Shown here: piece after piece, positions 1 through 9,299 of the stretch
How positions within the stretch are numbered: the stretch's first letter is position 1
Layout: every line of letters begins with the position of its first letter
Origin: Patescibacteria group bacterium
GTDB lineage: Bacteria; Patescibacteriota; Patescibacteriia; 2-01-FULL-39-33
DNA length: 32,000 bases
Assembly: GCA_041662745.1 (NCBI GenBank)
Contig: JBAZRV010000001.1
Coordinates: 30,001-62,000 of the forward strand
Reading direction: 5' to 3'
The notes under the pieces: model-generated
What the model was told of the DNA's origin: nothing
The model's database searches: none
What the model saw: only the letters and a program-made list of their open reading frames with translations
Made by a program: the position numbers and the translations under genes

Positions 1-64
1 CCCGCCAATTGCCTGTCTTGACTTGGCTGGCGGTGCCGGGCTGGGCTGTTATTTTTATCTTCAT
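1..64 (-). CDS. 2-oxoacid:ferredoxin oxidoreductase delta subunit, N-terminus only (partial at window edge)
   Basis: Minus-strand ATG at 64 gives MKIKITAQPGTASQVKTGNWR..., resembling the KTG-WR start of PorD-type delta subunits; starts directly after the gamma subunit stop (TAG at 66-68). Confidence 0.6.
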   Translation of the reverse strand, partial: MKIKITAQPGTASQVKTGNWR

Positions 65-65
65 A

Positions 66-608
66 CTAATTATTACTGATTATTTCATATCCTTTCTTGG
101 CGGCAATAATGTTCTTATCCGCCAACTCTCCGCTGAAACGATTTCTAATCGCTTGTTCTATCGCCGTCATCTTGATCGTGCCGATGAGCCCGGCAAAAGC
201 GCCGAGCATAATCGTATTGATTATGGGCCGTCCCAAAACTTCCTTGGCAATATCGGTTGCGGCCAATGATTTGACTCTGATCCCGCGAGGCAGTTTGGCC
301 GTCAACTCCGTTTCTTTGGTGTTAACCAAAACCACCGCTCCGGCTTTCAAGTCGGATAGCAGTTTTTCGTCGTTAAGCAACGAAGGATCCTGAACAATGG
401 CGTAATCAGGAGCGTAAACTTGGCTGCGCAAACGAATCGGCTTGTTGTCCAAACGCACAAAAGCCATCACCGGCGCGCCGCGTCGCTCCACGCCAAAACT
501 GGGAAAGGCCTGCGCCTCCTGACCGGAATAAAAAGCGGCTTCCGCCAGAAGTTCCGCCAAAGTTACCGAGCCCTGGCCGCCGCGGCCGTGTATTCTTACT
601 TCTAGCAT
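66..608 (-). CDS. 2-oxoacid (pyruvate-type) ferredoxin oxidoreductase gamma subunit
   Basis: Protein MLEVRIHGRGGQGSVTLAELLAEAAFYSGQEAQAFPSFGVERRGAPVMAFVR..., the hallmark GRGGQG and FGxERRG motifs of the PorG family. Confidence 0.92.
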   Translation of the reverse strand: MLEVRIHGRGGQGSVTLAELLAEAAFYSGQEAQAFPSFGVERRGAPVMAFVRLDNKPIRLRSQVYAPDYAIVQDPSLLNDEKLLSDLKAGAVVLVNTKETELTAKLPRGIRVKSLAATDIAKEVLGRPIINTIMLGAFAGLIGTIKMTAIEQAIRNRFSGELADKNIIAAKKGYEIISNN

Positions 609-610
609 AA

Positions 611-1477
611 TTATTTGATTCCTTTATATAATTTAATCAATTCTTCCCAAGTATTCAGGGGTACGGCTCCCTCCAGCTTCTTGCCGTTAACATAAAAGGT
701 GGGAGTGCCGCGAGCGCCCAGATCCAAAGCATCGGCAATATCCTCGGTTACCTTTGGCTGATATTTCAATGACTTCAAGCAATTATTAAACTTCGCCAGA
801 TTAAGGCCGGAGGATTTGATGATGGCGTTGAATTCTTCCTCATTATTGAAATTTCCTTGTTGCAAAAATAAGCGGTCATGAAACGGCCAGAACTTGCCTT
901 GCTCTTGGGCGCAGTAACCGGCTTGAGCCAAAACCATGGAATCGTCGCCCTTGACCGGATAATTACGGAAGATAAACAGAATGTCTTGTTCGTATTTATT
1001 GGCGATAGTGCGAATAACGGAAAACTCTTCTTGGCAAACCGGACACTGAAAATCGGCGAACTCCACAATAACCAATTGAGCGTTGATATTTCCCAAATAG
1101 GGACGATCGATTTTTTCCGCCTTTTGCCGGGCCGGACTTTTTTCAAGAGAAGAACTGATGCTGGAAGACGCGGCGGCAATCGTATTGTCAATGGTAGAAC
1201 TGACAATATTAAAAAACAGCGCCTCAGTAGTGGTTGACTGGGTGGTAATACCGTTAGGGATCTGGTCCAATAACTGTTCCAAAAGCGGATTACCGGCCAA
1301 AGTCTGACCGTTCTCGGCTTGGCCGGCAAAATCCAATATCTCACGCATTTTCTGCTCTCGCGACGCCACCTCTACTGCCACCAAGGCAAAGAATCCCAAC
1401 GCCACTAGAACAGCCGCGCCAAGCAAAATTATTTTCCACCAATTGCGCTGGCGGTTGTCAAGCGACGAATAATCCAT
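611..1477 (-). CDS. DsbA-like thioredoxin-fold protein with N-terminal transmembrane helix
   Basis: N-terminal TM helix (WWKIILLGAAVLVALGFFALVAVEV), then VEFADFQCPVCQEEFSVI with a CPVC active site and GTPTFYVNGK cis-Pro region. Confidence 0.88.
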   Translation of the reverse strand: MDYSSLDNRQRNWWKIILLGAAVLVALGFFALVAVEVASREQKMREILDFAGQAENGQTLAGNPLLEQLLDQIPNGITTQSTTTEALFFNIVSSTIDNTIAAASSSISSSLEKSPARQKAEKIDRPYLGNINAQLVIVEFADFQCPVCQEEFSVIRTIANKYEQDILFIFRNYPVKGDDSMVLAQAGYCAQEQGKFWPFHDRLFLQQGNFNNEEEFNAIIKSSGLNLAKFNNCLKSLKYQPKVTEDIADALDLGARGTPTFYVNGKKLEGAVPLNTWEELIKLYKGIK

Positions 1478-1595
1478 AATTGTTATCTTGATTATAACAA
1501 CTTTTACCCGGAATTGCCACTATTTGATTTTGGAATCGCCACTGCTTGATTTTTCCGGCTCAAGAGTTATAATTCATACAAATAACAATAAAAAT

Positions 1596-1793
1596 ATGCT
1601 AAATCCCGAAAGTGGCGACAGGGGGCGCCATATCTACGCCAATAAAAATGGCGAGGACGTTTACGAAGCCACCCCGCCATCCGGCCAAGTCGGCCAGGCA
1701 GAGACACCCGAATGGGAACGCGACTTCCACAAGCGCTTTGCCGGGCTCGGCCAAAAAAACAAAAGAAAAACTATTTACGATAAAACGGAATAG
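1596..1793 (+). CDS. small hypothetical protein (65 aa)
   Basis: ORF MLNPESGDRGRHIYANKNGEDVYEATPPSGQVGQAETPEWERDFHKRFAGLG...; no obvious Shine-Dalgarno, but a terminator-like hairpin follows at 1819. Confidence 0.35.
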   Translation: MLNPESGDRGRHIYANKNGEDVYEATPPSGQVGQAETPEWERDFHKRFAGLGQKNKRKTIYDKTE

Positions 1794-1818
1794 CGCCGAA
1801 TTATAATCTGTGACTTAA

Positions 1819-1848
1819 AATCCTCTTGATTTAGCAAGAGGATTTTTT
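1819..1848. terminator. intrinsic terminator-like hairpin (AATCCTCTTG-ATTTAG-CAAGAGGATT + T run)
   Basis: 10-bp perfect inverted repeat followed by a T run on the plus strand and preceded by AAAA. Confidence 0.7.
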
Positions 1849-3045
1849 AGAGGATTTTTTATCGGCAATTTTATTTGAACGCGACCCGGCGAAACGATTA
1901 AACAGCCAACCCAAAAGCAATAAGCCGGCCAGCCAAACAACGGTTAGCAACGCCGGCGGCAGAAATTCCAACCAGTCGCTGTAACGGCTGATAATCGGCC
2001 AATGCCATAAATAAATTTCAAACGAATAAATGCCGAAAACTTCTAATAGGACGAATTTGACTTTTTTAAGGATAAATACCAATACCAGGCACAACATAGT
2101 AAACAGGGCGATCACTTGCTCAGGCCAAACCCCGTGTCCGACACCCGAATAATAAGCGGTATAAATAGCGGCAACGATAAAAATAACAAGCAAAAACCAA
2201 CGCCAATAATCAGACTGGGACCTGAAACGCGCTAAAACTCCGGCCAGCCGCTTTCTCTTGCCGATTATAGCGAACCAAGACTTGATTTTTTCCGCCGCCG
2301 CTCGAGGCCGGCACTTATCGCGGCGAAGGCATGACCGGCAAACCGCTTGAGGAGAAACCAAAAGCAAAGCGAATAAAACGCCCAGGGGAAAGGCCAGCGA
2401 ATGCACCTGATAAAATTTTAAAACTTGATCGGAGACCGGCCAACCCGGCCAGAAAGCCAAAAAGCTTACAGCCGTAATCGCTATCGCCGAAAACCAAGGA
2501 TGCTTGGGCCGAAAGATCAAGGGGAATAATAAATAATAAAAAATCAGTGGCGTCAAAAACCATAAAGGCGAATTAAGCGAAGTCCACAAATTAGCGATCG
2601 GAAAAAATCCGATAAATGACAGGACGACTTCCGTAAGCGGATAAAAACGATTAAGCAACCAAGCGTCTAAGCCCAAAAATAAAATCAAAGACAGCCATAA
2701 CGGCCAATAAACTTTCAATATCCGTTTCTTATAAAACTGTCCGATCGTTTTGGGATGGTAAATAGCCGAGGCTGCTAAGCCGTAACCGGACAAGAAAAAA
2801 AACAAGTTGACAGCCACACCGCCCCAAATCCCCAAGGGGAATAAAAAATCAGTGCCGTAAAACTTGCCATAAGTCAAATGAGTAAAAATCACGCCCAAAA
2901 TCGCCAAACCGCGCAGTTCATTGGATATCTCCTTAGGCAAAAGGCCGGGAGCGATCCGGCGACGCGCGGAAATAAAAACCGCCGTGCCCAAAAGCGCTAA
3001 AAAGATAGCGGTTTGGCCGGCGATGTAATTACTGAATAATATCAT
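1831..3045 (-). CDS. acyltransferase 3 family membrane protein
   Basis: About 10 hydrophobic helices, N-terminal RISNELRGLAILGVIFTHLTYGKF (acyltransferase-3 R-x10-H region) and LFFFLSGYGLAASA. Confidence 0.85.
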   Translation of the reverse strand: MILFSNYIAGQTAIFLALLGTAVFISARRRIAPGLLPKEISNELRGLAILGVIFTHLTYGKFYGTDFLFPLGIWGGVAVNLFFFLSGYGLAASAIYHPKTIGQFYKKRILKVYWPLWLSLILFLGLDAWLLNRFYPLTEVVLSFIGFFPIANLWTSLNSPLWFLTPLIFYYLLFPLIFRPKHPWFSAIAITAVSFLAFWPGWPVSDQVLKFYQVHSLAFPLGVLFALLLVSPQAVCRSCLRRDKCRPRAAAEKIKSWFAIIGKRKRLAGVLARFRSQSDYWRWFLLVIFIVAAIYTAYYSGVGHGVWPEQVIALFTMLCLVLVFILKKVKFVLLEVFGIYSFEIYLWHWPIISRYSDWLEFLPPALLTVVWLAGLLLLGWLFNRFAGSRSNKIADKKSSKKSSC

Positions 3046-3775
3046 AAATCAAATCAGCCCACAGGGCGTAACCCCTGTCCGAGGGGTGGAATCTGTCTGC
3101 CGAGTATGCACCGGAAACGGCCTTCTGATCGGCGCTAAACGGCTTAGCCGAGATGGTATGCAAATCAATCAGCTTCACTCCGGTTTCTTGCGCCACTTCG
3201 GCGATAACGGCATTATATTCTTTAAGCTCTAATTCAAAATACCAATTGTAAGGCGGCAGGACCAAGTCCCGGGCGCCCAAGTAGGGCAAATTAATCAGAT
3301 ATATCTGCGCCTGGGCGATTTGTTGCAATGACCTGACCGCGGTCTCCAGATTGCTTTTGAACTTTTCTCGCGGCACAAAATTATGCATGTCATTGGTGCC
3401 GATGAATAAAGTAATCATTTGGGGTTGCATCTGTCCGGCAGCAATGACTTGGCCGGTCAGAATATCAAAGCTGGTGGCCCCGGGTACGCCTAAATTATTG
3501 ACAATGACTTGCACTCCGGAAGCGGCGGCTATTTTCTGCGCCAAAGCCCCGGGCAAAGAAGTAGCGGCGGAAGTCGCTCCCACGCCGGCTGTCAATGAAT
3601 CGCCTATGGCCACATAAGTCATCCTTTGCCCTTTTTCTTCAGTCATATAGTTTTTTTCTGCCGGCGGACTGATTAATTCAAATTTTGAATAAATATAAGC
3701 ATAAGCGCGATTGAGATAGATGCCGATCAGCGCGACAATTATGATAATAATGATTAAATTCTTATGCTTAGCCAT
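3029..3775 (-). CDS. SGNH/GDSL hydrolase family protein with N-terminal membrane anchor
   Basis: TYVAIGDSLTAGVGA (block I), LGVPGATS (block II), LFIGTNDMHNF (GxND), DRFHPSDRGYALWA (DxxH); N-terminal TM helix. Confidence 0.92.
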   Translation of the reverse strand: MAKHKNLIIIIIIVALIGIYLNRAYAYIYSKFELISPPAEKNYMTEEKGQRMTYVAIGDSLTAGVGATSAATSLPGALAQKIAAASGVQVIVNNLGVPGATSFDILTGQVIAAGQMQPQMITLFIGTNDMHNFVPREKFKSNLETAVRSLQQIAQAQIYLINLPYLGARDLVLPPYNWYFELELKEYNAVIAEVAQETGVKLIDLHTISAKPFSADQKAVSGAYSADRFHPSDRGYALWADLIYDIIQ

Positions 3776-3830
3776 GGCTTTATCTTAGCAAATTGGAGGC
3801 AAAAAAACAAAAACTCCGGCAATTAAAAAC

Positions 3831-3850
3831 ACCGTCCCCGAGAGGACGGT
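3831..3850 (-). terminator. intrinsic terminator downstream of the 3864-4517 gene
   Basis: Minus strand ACCGTCC-TCTCGG-GGACGGT-GTTTTTAATT. Confidence 0.75.
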
Positions 3851-3863
3851 GCTACAAACGATC

Positions 3864-4517
3864 TTAATAAGACGAGGCCAAAAGCCGCAGATTCTCCAAA
3901 GCTTTGTCGCGCCTTGAAATAAACTCCGCTTTGGATTGAGGTGATAACCCCGCCTCCAAATCGGCATTCTTATAAATACACGATAGCGCTGTAAAAACCA
4001 AACAAAGAATAGAAATATCGGCTTTACAACTACCGCCAGAACGGTTAATACTGTCAATAATCTCTTGTGTTTCCCGCTCAATTCTCCTTAGTACATCTTG
4101 CCGGATAGCTACGTCATGATTGACCACCGCTAATTCCAAATCATCCCTCGGATCATTAGTACAATAAGCGCGAATAAGCATGATATCGGAAACAATCACT
4201 AATTCTTCCAGGGTGCGAGCCGTTTTAATTAGAGAATCTATAATGACTCGTTCCCAATCCAGACCCGAATAAACCTTCCGATAAAGCTTGTGCCAATCGG
4301 AAAAAGAACTGGCCGTTTCCATTAGGCGACGCTTAAGCGGATCGGTAAACAAATCAAAATTGCTGAAATCTGAATGAAAATGCTCCAAGTATTTTTCCAG
4401 ATCGGCGAAGGTCAAATTCTTTAAGAAACTTTCAATTGACATAAAACGCTTCTCGGCAATCTTGTGAGCCATTCTCAGGCCAACCAAATCAACCAAACAT
4501 TTAACGCTCATAGCCAT
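3864..4517 (-). CDS. hypothetical, predominantly helical protein
   Basis: Long ORF with SD AAAGGAG 7 nt before the internal ATG (MAMSVKCLVDLVGLRMAHK...); a terminator follows. Confidence 0.7.
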   Translation of the reverse strand: MAMSVKCLVDLVGLRMAHKIAEKRFMSIESFLKNLTFADLEKYLEHFHSDFSNFDLFTDPLKRRLMETASSFSDWHKLYRKVYSGLDWERVIIDSLIKTARTLEELVIVSDIMLIRAYCTNDPRDDLELAVVNHDVAIRQDVLRRIERETQEIIDSINRSGGSCKADISILCLVFTALSCIYKNADLEAGLSPQSKAEFISRRDKALENLRLLASSY

Positions 4518-4564
4518 CAATAATCTCCTTTTGTTGCTAGGAAGCATTCGCTGTCCTCAATGTG

Positions 4565-5545
4565 CTAACACGCCGGAGCAAAACCCACAGCCGAACCGAA
4601 ATTTGCCCTGATCAAAATCCGATATGCTTCACAAAAAACTTGAGACTCCGGTGAATCGGAAGCGCAACTGGAAGCGCTTCTGAAAGAAGCCGACAAACAA
4701 AAATCAATACGCCTCTCCAGTGGAACATCGCAAGGACGTTCATGGCTCTCGCCGGGCGAATATTCGGTACCGGGACAATTAATGCCCAGACAGCCGGGCT
4801 GGCCGATAAGATCCGGATGAGTCAGTAAAGCGGCGGCCATAACATAATGACATAAGCCGAATTCACTTTCACCATACCGTTCCTTTACATATCTAATGCT
4901 GGCCCCGCGCCATCTCATGCCGAAGTTAACCGGAATTACCAGATAATCACCGAGCAGATACTCATCCAGTTGCCCCAAAAAACCGCGAGTCCTGGCGGTA
5001 GGACGAAGATGGCCATTGTATTTGACTTCTTCAACAAAACGTCCAAGAGGCATAATCTTATTAAGCAACCCAAATAATTCTCCCGCCGCCTTATAATACC
5101 CGCCCAAACAGGAAAACTTGGGAACAACGAGATCAAGCTCAAGCTTCTGGGGCAACTCCCGTTCCTCAAGATGCCTGTTTCCGCAAAGCTCATAGACATG
5201 CGAAGCATCTAAATTCCCGGTCAACTCCAGTCGGCGCCAAAAGTTAAGCTGTTCTCTTACTGAGCGTCGCCGAAAATTACGCGGGTAAGTGAAATTTGAA
5301 TCCACTCGTTCATTGGCATGGGGCAGTTTATCGGCATCAGGATCTTCATAACGCCCCTCAATCAAACCCTGCAAGGGCTTCTTAACCGATTTTGGATCAA
5401 TGGTTCTTTCCCTAATGCGACGATGCAAATCCGCCGTTTGGTCAAAAACTTTCAGCCGAGCCATTTCCCGCTCAAGCTCCCTACTTTTCTCTTCCGCCTC
5501 TTTCAACCGTCGTCCTGCTTCGTCTGCGACATTTTTTTCTGTCAT
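4565..5545 (-). CDS. hypothetical protein: N-terminal coiled coil, Cys-rich C-terminus
   Basis: ORF MTEKNVADEAGRRLKEAEEKSRELEREMARLK... with SD AAAGGAG upstream of ATG. Confidence 0.7.
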   Translation of the reverse strand: MTEKNVADEAGRRLKEAEEKSRELEREMARLKVFDQTADLHRRIRERTIDPKSVKKPLQGLIEGRYEDPDADKLPHANERVDSNFTYPRNFRRRSVREQLNFWRRLELTGNLDASHVYELCGNRHLEERELPQKLELDLVVPKFSCLGGYYKAAGELFGLLNKIMPLGRFVEEVKYNGHLRPTARTRGFLGQLDEYLLGDYLVIPVNFGMRWRGASIRYVKERYGESEFGLCHYVMAAALLTHPDLIGQPGCLGINCPGTEYSPGESHERPCDVPLERRIDFCLSASFRSASSCASDSPESQVFCEAYRILIRANFGSAVGFAPAC

Positions 5546-5727
5546 GACGAATTCTCCTTTGTCAAAGTCCTTGCCCTGTTGGCACTATGCCGCTTGGGCC
5601 AAGCGAAATCCTAAACCATTAGGATATCAAATAATAATACCAAATCTAATAAATCCTGTCAATAATCGCAGTTTAACCAAAAAGCGGCCGTCACCGACCG
5701 CTTCTCTTAGTAAAAAATATTTACCGA

Positions 5728-8700
5728 CTAAAGCTTTTCAATTTTTATCTTTACTTTTTCGCCGTTAATACTGACTGCCTTGGCATCGCTATCAGCCTCT
5801 ATGATTTCCTGAGTTAGGGTGGATTTTTTCAATTCCTCATTAAGCAGAGCATCGCCAAAGACTTTTTTAACCGTTTCTCCTTCACTCTGCCAGCTCAGTT
5901 TAATCCGGTCTTTAATGGTCAAGCCGGCATCCTTGCGCAAGGTATTAACAGTCCTGACAAATTCGCGCCAAGCGCCTTCAACTTTCAATTCATCAGTCAG
6001 ATCGGTATCCAATTCCAATTTAATCTCCGTCCCGCCGGCAAACTCTAAATTCTTAAGATTCAGTTTGTCCTTAATCAAATTTATGAGTTGCTGTTTATAT
6101 GGTTCTTCGGCTAACGCCAAACCGAAAACCGTGGCCTTGTTAAGCGGTTGCCTGATTTTTATCTTAGCTTCGGCGCGGGCGGCTAAGCCCAACTCTTCTA
6201 TGGCAGCGGCCAAACCCATCTGCTCTTTCAATTTGTCGCTGTAAGCGCTCGCCTCCTTGCTACCGTATAATTCCTTATCAATTTCCGGCCAACTCTCCAA
6301 ATGGACCGATTCCTTCTCACCGCCGATCTGTTTGTAAACGTATTCGGCGACAAAGGGCGTAAAGGGTGCCATGATCTTGGATAATTCCAGCAGGACGAGC
6401 CGGAAAGTGGCGATGGCTTGATTCTTGTCCGCTTCATCATCGCCCTTCAAGCGTTCGCGCGACGATTGCAGCCAACGAGTGGAGAACTCGTCTATGAATT
6501 CAGCCAAGGGGCGGGTGGCGCGGGGCAAATCATAAGCTTCCATGTTCTTGGTCACTTCCAAAAGCAACAGATTTAACTTTACCGACAGCCATTTATCCAA
6601 AATATTATCGCTTTTAACCGGCTCGGACGCCGCTGTCCCAGAAACTTCGTATAACTTATAAAAACTCAGAATATTATTCAACAGCATGGTAACCTTTTGC
6701 ATTGCTTCTTTGACGGCGTCATCGGAAAAATTCAAATTTTCCGCAGTCATGACTGGCGCGGTCAAAAGATAAAAACGCAAGGCGTCGGCGCCGTATTTGT
6801 CCATGATTATTTCCGGTTCCGTGTAATTCTGCAAGCGCTTAGACATCTTCTTGCCGTCTTCAGCCAGAACAATGCCGTTGACAATGACGTTTTTGAACGC
6901 TTCGCTGTCTCGTACGGCTGTAGCAATGATGTGGAGATAATAAAACCAAGCGCGCGTCTGATCCACGCCTTCGGCAATAAATTGCGCCGGAAAACCGGCC
7001 AGGAATTTCTCCTGATTCTCAAACGGATAATGCTGTTGGGCGTAAGGCATGGAACCGGAATCAAACCAAGTGTCCAGCACATCGGGAATTCTCGTCATTT
7101 TTTGGCCGCATTCTTGACAAACAATCTGCCATTGGTCCACGAAATGCTTATGCAAATCGGTTATCTTCTGTTTTATCTCCAGCACTTGCCCTTTCTCCAC
7201 CGCCAAATCCCTAAAGGTTTGGCTCGGTTCGTAGCCGTAAAGCCTGCCCAAAAACGACTTGATCGTGTCTTCGTGGCTGACCAATAAAATATTCTTGCCT
7301 TCGTACTTTTCATTCAATTCTTGATACAGGGCCAGGGTCCGCTCCGTCACTTGCCGAACGCTTTCACCGGCCGGATAAGCATTATCCCAATCGCTTTTCC
7401 ATTTGGCGATAACCGCCTTGGCTTTATCGTCAACATCGGATTGTTCTTCCAGCTCGCCGGCATCAAGCTCGTTCAAGCGGGCGTCAAAAACCAGCTCTGC
7501 GCCCGTAACTTCGGCGATGAGCTGAGCCGTTTCCTTGGCGCGCAAGACTTCGGAAGAAACGATCAAATCAATTTTTTTATCTTTCAATCCGTCGGCGGCA
7601 ACTTTAATTTGTTCTCGGCCGTTAGCTGTCAATGAGTAAACACCCAAACCGCTGCTGAACACGTGTTTAATATTCTTTTCCGCTTCGCCATGCCTGATGG
7701 CGAAAAAATTATTCCGATCTATTTTCAGCTCTTCCAGCTCAGCCACGCTGCCGATGACTTTTATTTCACCGCACTGGCACCGCCACAGCGGAATGACGCT
7801 GGCCCAAAATCGCTGACGGGAAATTGACCAGTCGCGCGCGCCCTCCAGCCATTTGCCGAAACGGCCTTCCTTAATATGCGCCGGCGACCAATTAATATTC
7901 TTGGCGGTTTCCAACGCCTTCGCTTTGATGTCTGTTACTTTGACAAACCAGGAACTGGTGGCGTAATTGATCAGCGGCGTATCGCACCGCCAGCAATGCG
8001 GGTAGCTATGTTCGTATTCGGCGCTGGCAAAAAGCAGTTTGTGTCTGTCCAGATATTCAATGACTTTTTTGTCGGTTGCCTTGGTATCTTCCGCCGGCTT
8101 GACATTCAGGCCGGCAAAATCAGCCACTTCATCCTTAAAATTCCCTGCCAAGGTCACATTCTGAATGAAAGCCAAATTTTCTTCTTGGCCCAATTGCATA
8201 TCTTCTTCACCATAAGCCGGAGCGATATGCACTACGCCGGTGCCATCATCGGTGGTGACGAAATCAGCGGCTACGATAGTGTATAAATTTTCTTTATTGG
8301 GCAAATCTTTGTCTAAATAATATGGGAATAACGGCTTATACTCTTTGCCAATCAATTCTGAACCCTTGAACTTGTCCAAAACCCGGACTTGCTGGCCGGC
8401 AAAAACTTTCTCCAAAAGCGCTTCAGCCAAAATCAATTTTTCACCGGGTCTGACCACTGACATCGTAGCAGTTATCTTATTCCCGCCTTCAACATCATAA
8501 GCTTCCATTTTCTTATTGGCGCCAGAACTGACGACAACATAGTCAATATCTTTTCCCACCGCAAGCGCCACATTGCCCGGCAGAGTCCAAGGCGTGGTCG
8601 TCCAAGCCAAAACATAAGCGCCCGGCTCATCAACCAACTCAAATTTAGCCGTCACCGACAAATCCTTAATATCCTTATAACCCTCACTAACCTCCTGCTG

Positions 8701-9267
8701 GCTCAGGGTTGTTTCGCATCTGGGACAGATATGCATGGACTTATAACCTTCATAAACCAAACCCTTGTCATACAATTCCTTAAACACCCACCAAATTGAT
8801 TCCATGTAAGACAAATCCATGGTCTTGTAAGAATCGTCCATATCCGCCCAGCGGCCGAAACGGGCGATGGTCTTTTTCCATTCCTCAACATAAACCAAAA
8901 CCTTGCTGCGGCAGTATTCGTTGAATTTACCAATGCCGTAGTTTTCAATATCTTTCTTGCTCTTAAAGCCCAGTTCTTTCTCCACGATGTTTTCAATGGG
9001 CAGGCCATGGCAATCCCAACCCCAGCGACGCTCCACATAACGGCCGCGCATCGTCCAAAATCGCGGCACCACGTCTTTCATCAGACTGGCGACCATATGG
9101 CCGTAATGCGGAGTACCGGTGGCAAACGGCGGGCCGTCATAAAAACTGTAAGCCTCGCCAGCCCTGGTCTGTTCCAGTGATTTCTCAAAAATTTTATTAT
9201 CCGTCCAAAATTTTTGGATCTCTCGCTCTCTTTCCGGAATCGGATTAACCCACTTTTTTTCTTCCAT
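5728..9267 (-). CDS. ileS: isoleucyl-tRNA synthetase with an internal histidine-phosphatase domain insertion
   Basis: Class I motifs FATGTPHYGHM (HIGH) and EDGKKMSKRL (KMSKS), CP1 region, WSISRQRFW, DVLDTWFDSGSMP. Start set at MEEKKWVNPIPERE (9267) because the 9345 start of the ORF track lies in a T-box leader. Confidence 0.95.
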   Translation of the reverse strand: MEEKKWVNPIPEREREIQKFWTDNKIFEKSLEQTRAGEAYSFYDGPPFATGTPHYGHMVASLMKDVVPRFWTMRGRYVERRWGWDCHGLPIENIVEKELGFKSKKDIENYGIGKFNEYCRSKVLVYVEEWKKTIARFGRWADMDDSYKTMDLSYMESIWWVFKELYDKGLVYEGYKSMHICPRCETTLSQQEVSEGYKDIKDLSVTAKFELVDEPGAYVLAWTTTPWTLPGNVALAVGKDIDYVVVSSGANKKMEAYDVEGGNKITATMSVVRPGEKLILAEALLEKVFAGQQVRVLDKFKGSELIGKEYKPLFPYYLDKDLPNKENLYTIVAADFVTTDDGTGVVHIAPAYGEEDMQLGQEENLAFIQNVTLAGNFKDEVADFAGLNVKPAEDTKATDKKVIEYLDRHKLLFASAEYEHSYPHCWRCDTPLINYATSSWFVKVTDIKAKALETAKNINWSPAHIKEGRFGKWLEGARDWSISRQRFWASVIPLWRCQCGEIKVIGSVAELEELKIDRNNFFAIRHGEAEKNIKHVFSSGLGVYSLTANGREQIKVAADGLKDKKIDLIVSSEVLRAKETAQLIAEVTGAELVFDARLNELDAGELEEQSDVDDKAKAVIAKWKSDWDNAYPAGESVRQVTERTLALYQELNEKYEGKNILLVSHEDTIKSFLGRLYGYEPSQTFRDLAVEKGQVLEIKQKITDLHKHFVDQWQIVCQECGQKMTRIPDVLDTWFDSGSMPYAQQHYPFENQEKFLAGFPAQFIAEGVDQTRAWFYYLHIIATAVRDSEAFKNVIVNGIVLAEDGKKMSKRLQNYTEPEIIMDKYGADALRFYLLTAPVMTAENLNFSDDAVKEAMQKVTMLLNNILSFYKLYEVSGTAASEPVKSDNILDKWLSVKLNLLLLEVTKNMEAYDLPRATRPLAEFIDEFSTRWLQSSRERLKGDDEADKNQAIATFRLVLLELSKIMAPFTPFVAEYVYKQIGGEKESVHLESWPEIDKELYGSKEASAYSDKLKEQMGLAAAIEELGLAARAEAKIKIRQPLNKATVFGLALAEEPYKQQLINLIKDKLNLKNLEFAGGTEIKLELDTDLTDELKVEGAWREFVRTVNTLRKDAGLTIKDRIKLSWQSEGETVKKVFGDALLNEELKKSTLTQEIIEADSDAKAVSINGEKVKIKIEKL
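7165..7725 (-). other. histidine phosphatase (phosphoglycerate-mutase-like) domain inserted in IleRS
   Basis: NNFFAIRHGEAEKN ... DLIVSSEVLRAKETAQLIAEVTGA ... NELDAGELEEQ ... YPAGESVRQVTERT ... NILLVSHEDTIKSFLG: RHG, RA-ETA, E and SH motifs all retained. Confidence 0.85.
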
Positions 9268-9299
9268 ACTGTTATTTATGATTACTGTTTGTTTAAAAT

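Noticed and set aside
3785-4081. 98-aa minus ORF (MSGKHKRLLTVLTVLAVVVKPIF...)
   Set aside because: Overlaps the better-supported 3864-4517 CDS in another frame and crosses its terminator.
5400-5768. 122-aa plus ORF antisense to the start of the 4565-5545 gene
   Set aside because: No ribosome-binding site and antisense to a supported gene; likely an artefact of the frame structure.
6697-7287. 196-aa plus ORF antisense to ileS
   Set aside because: Antisense to a strongly conserved synthetase; no SD or promoter, and composition mirrors the coding strand.
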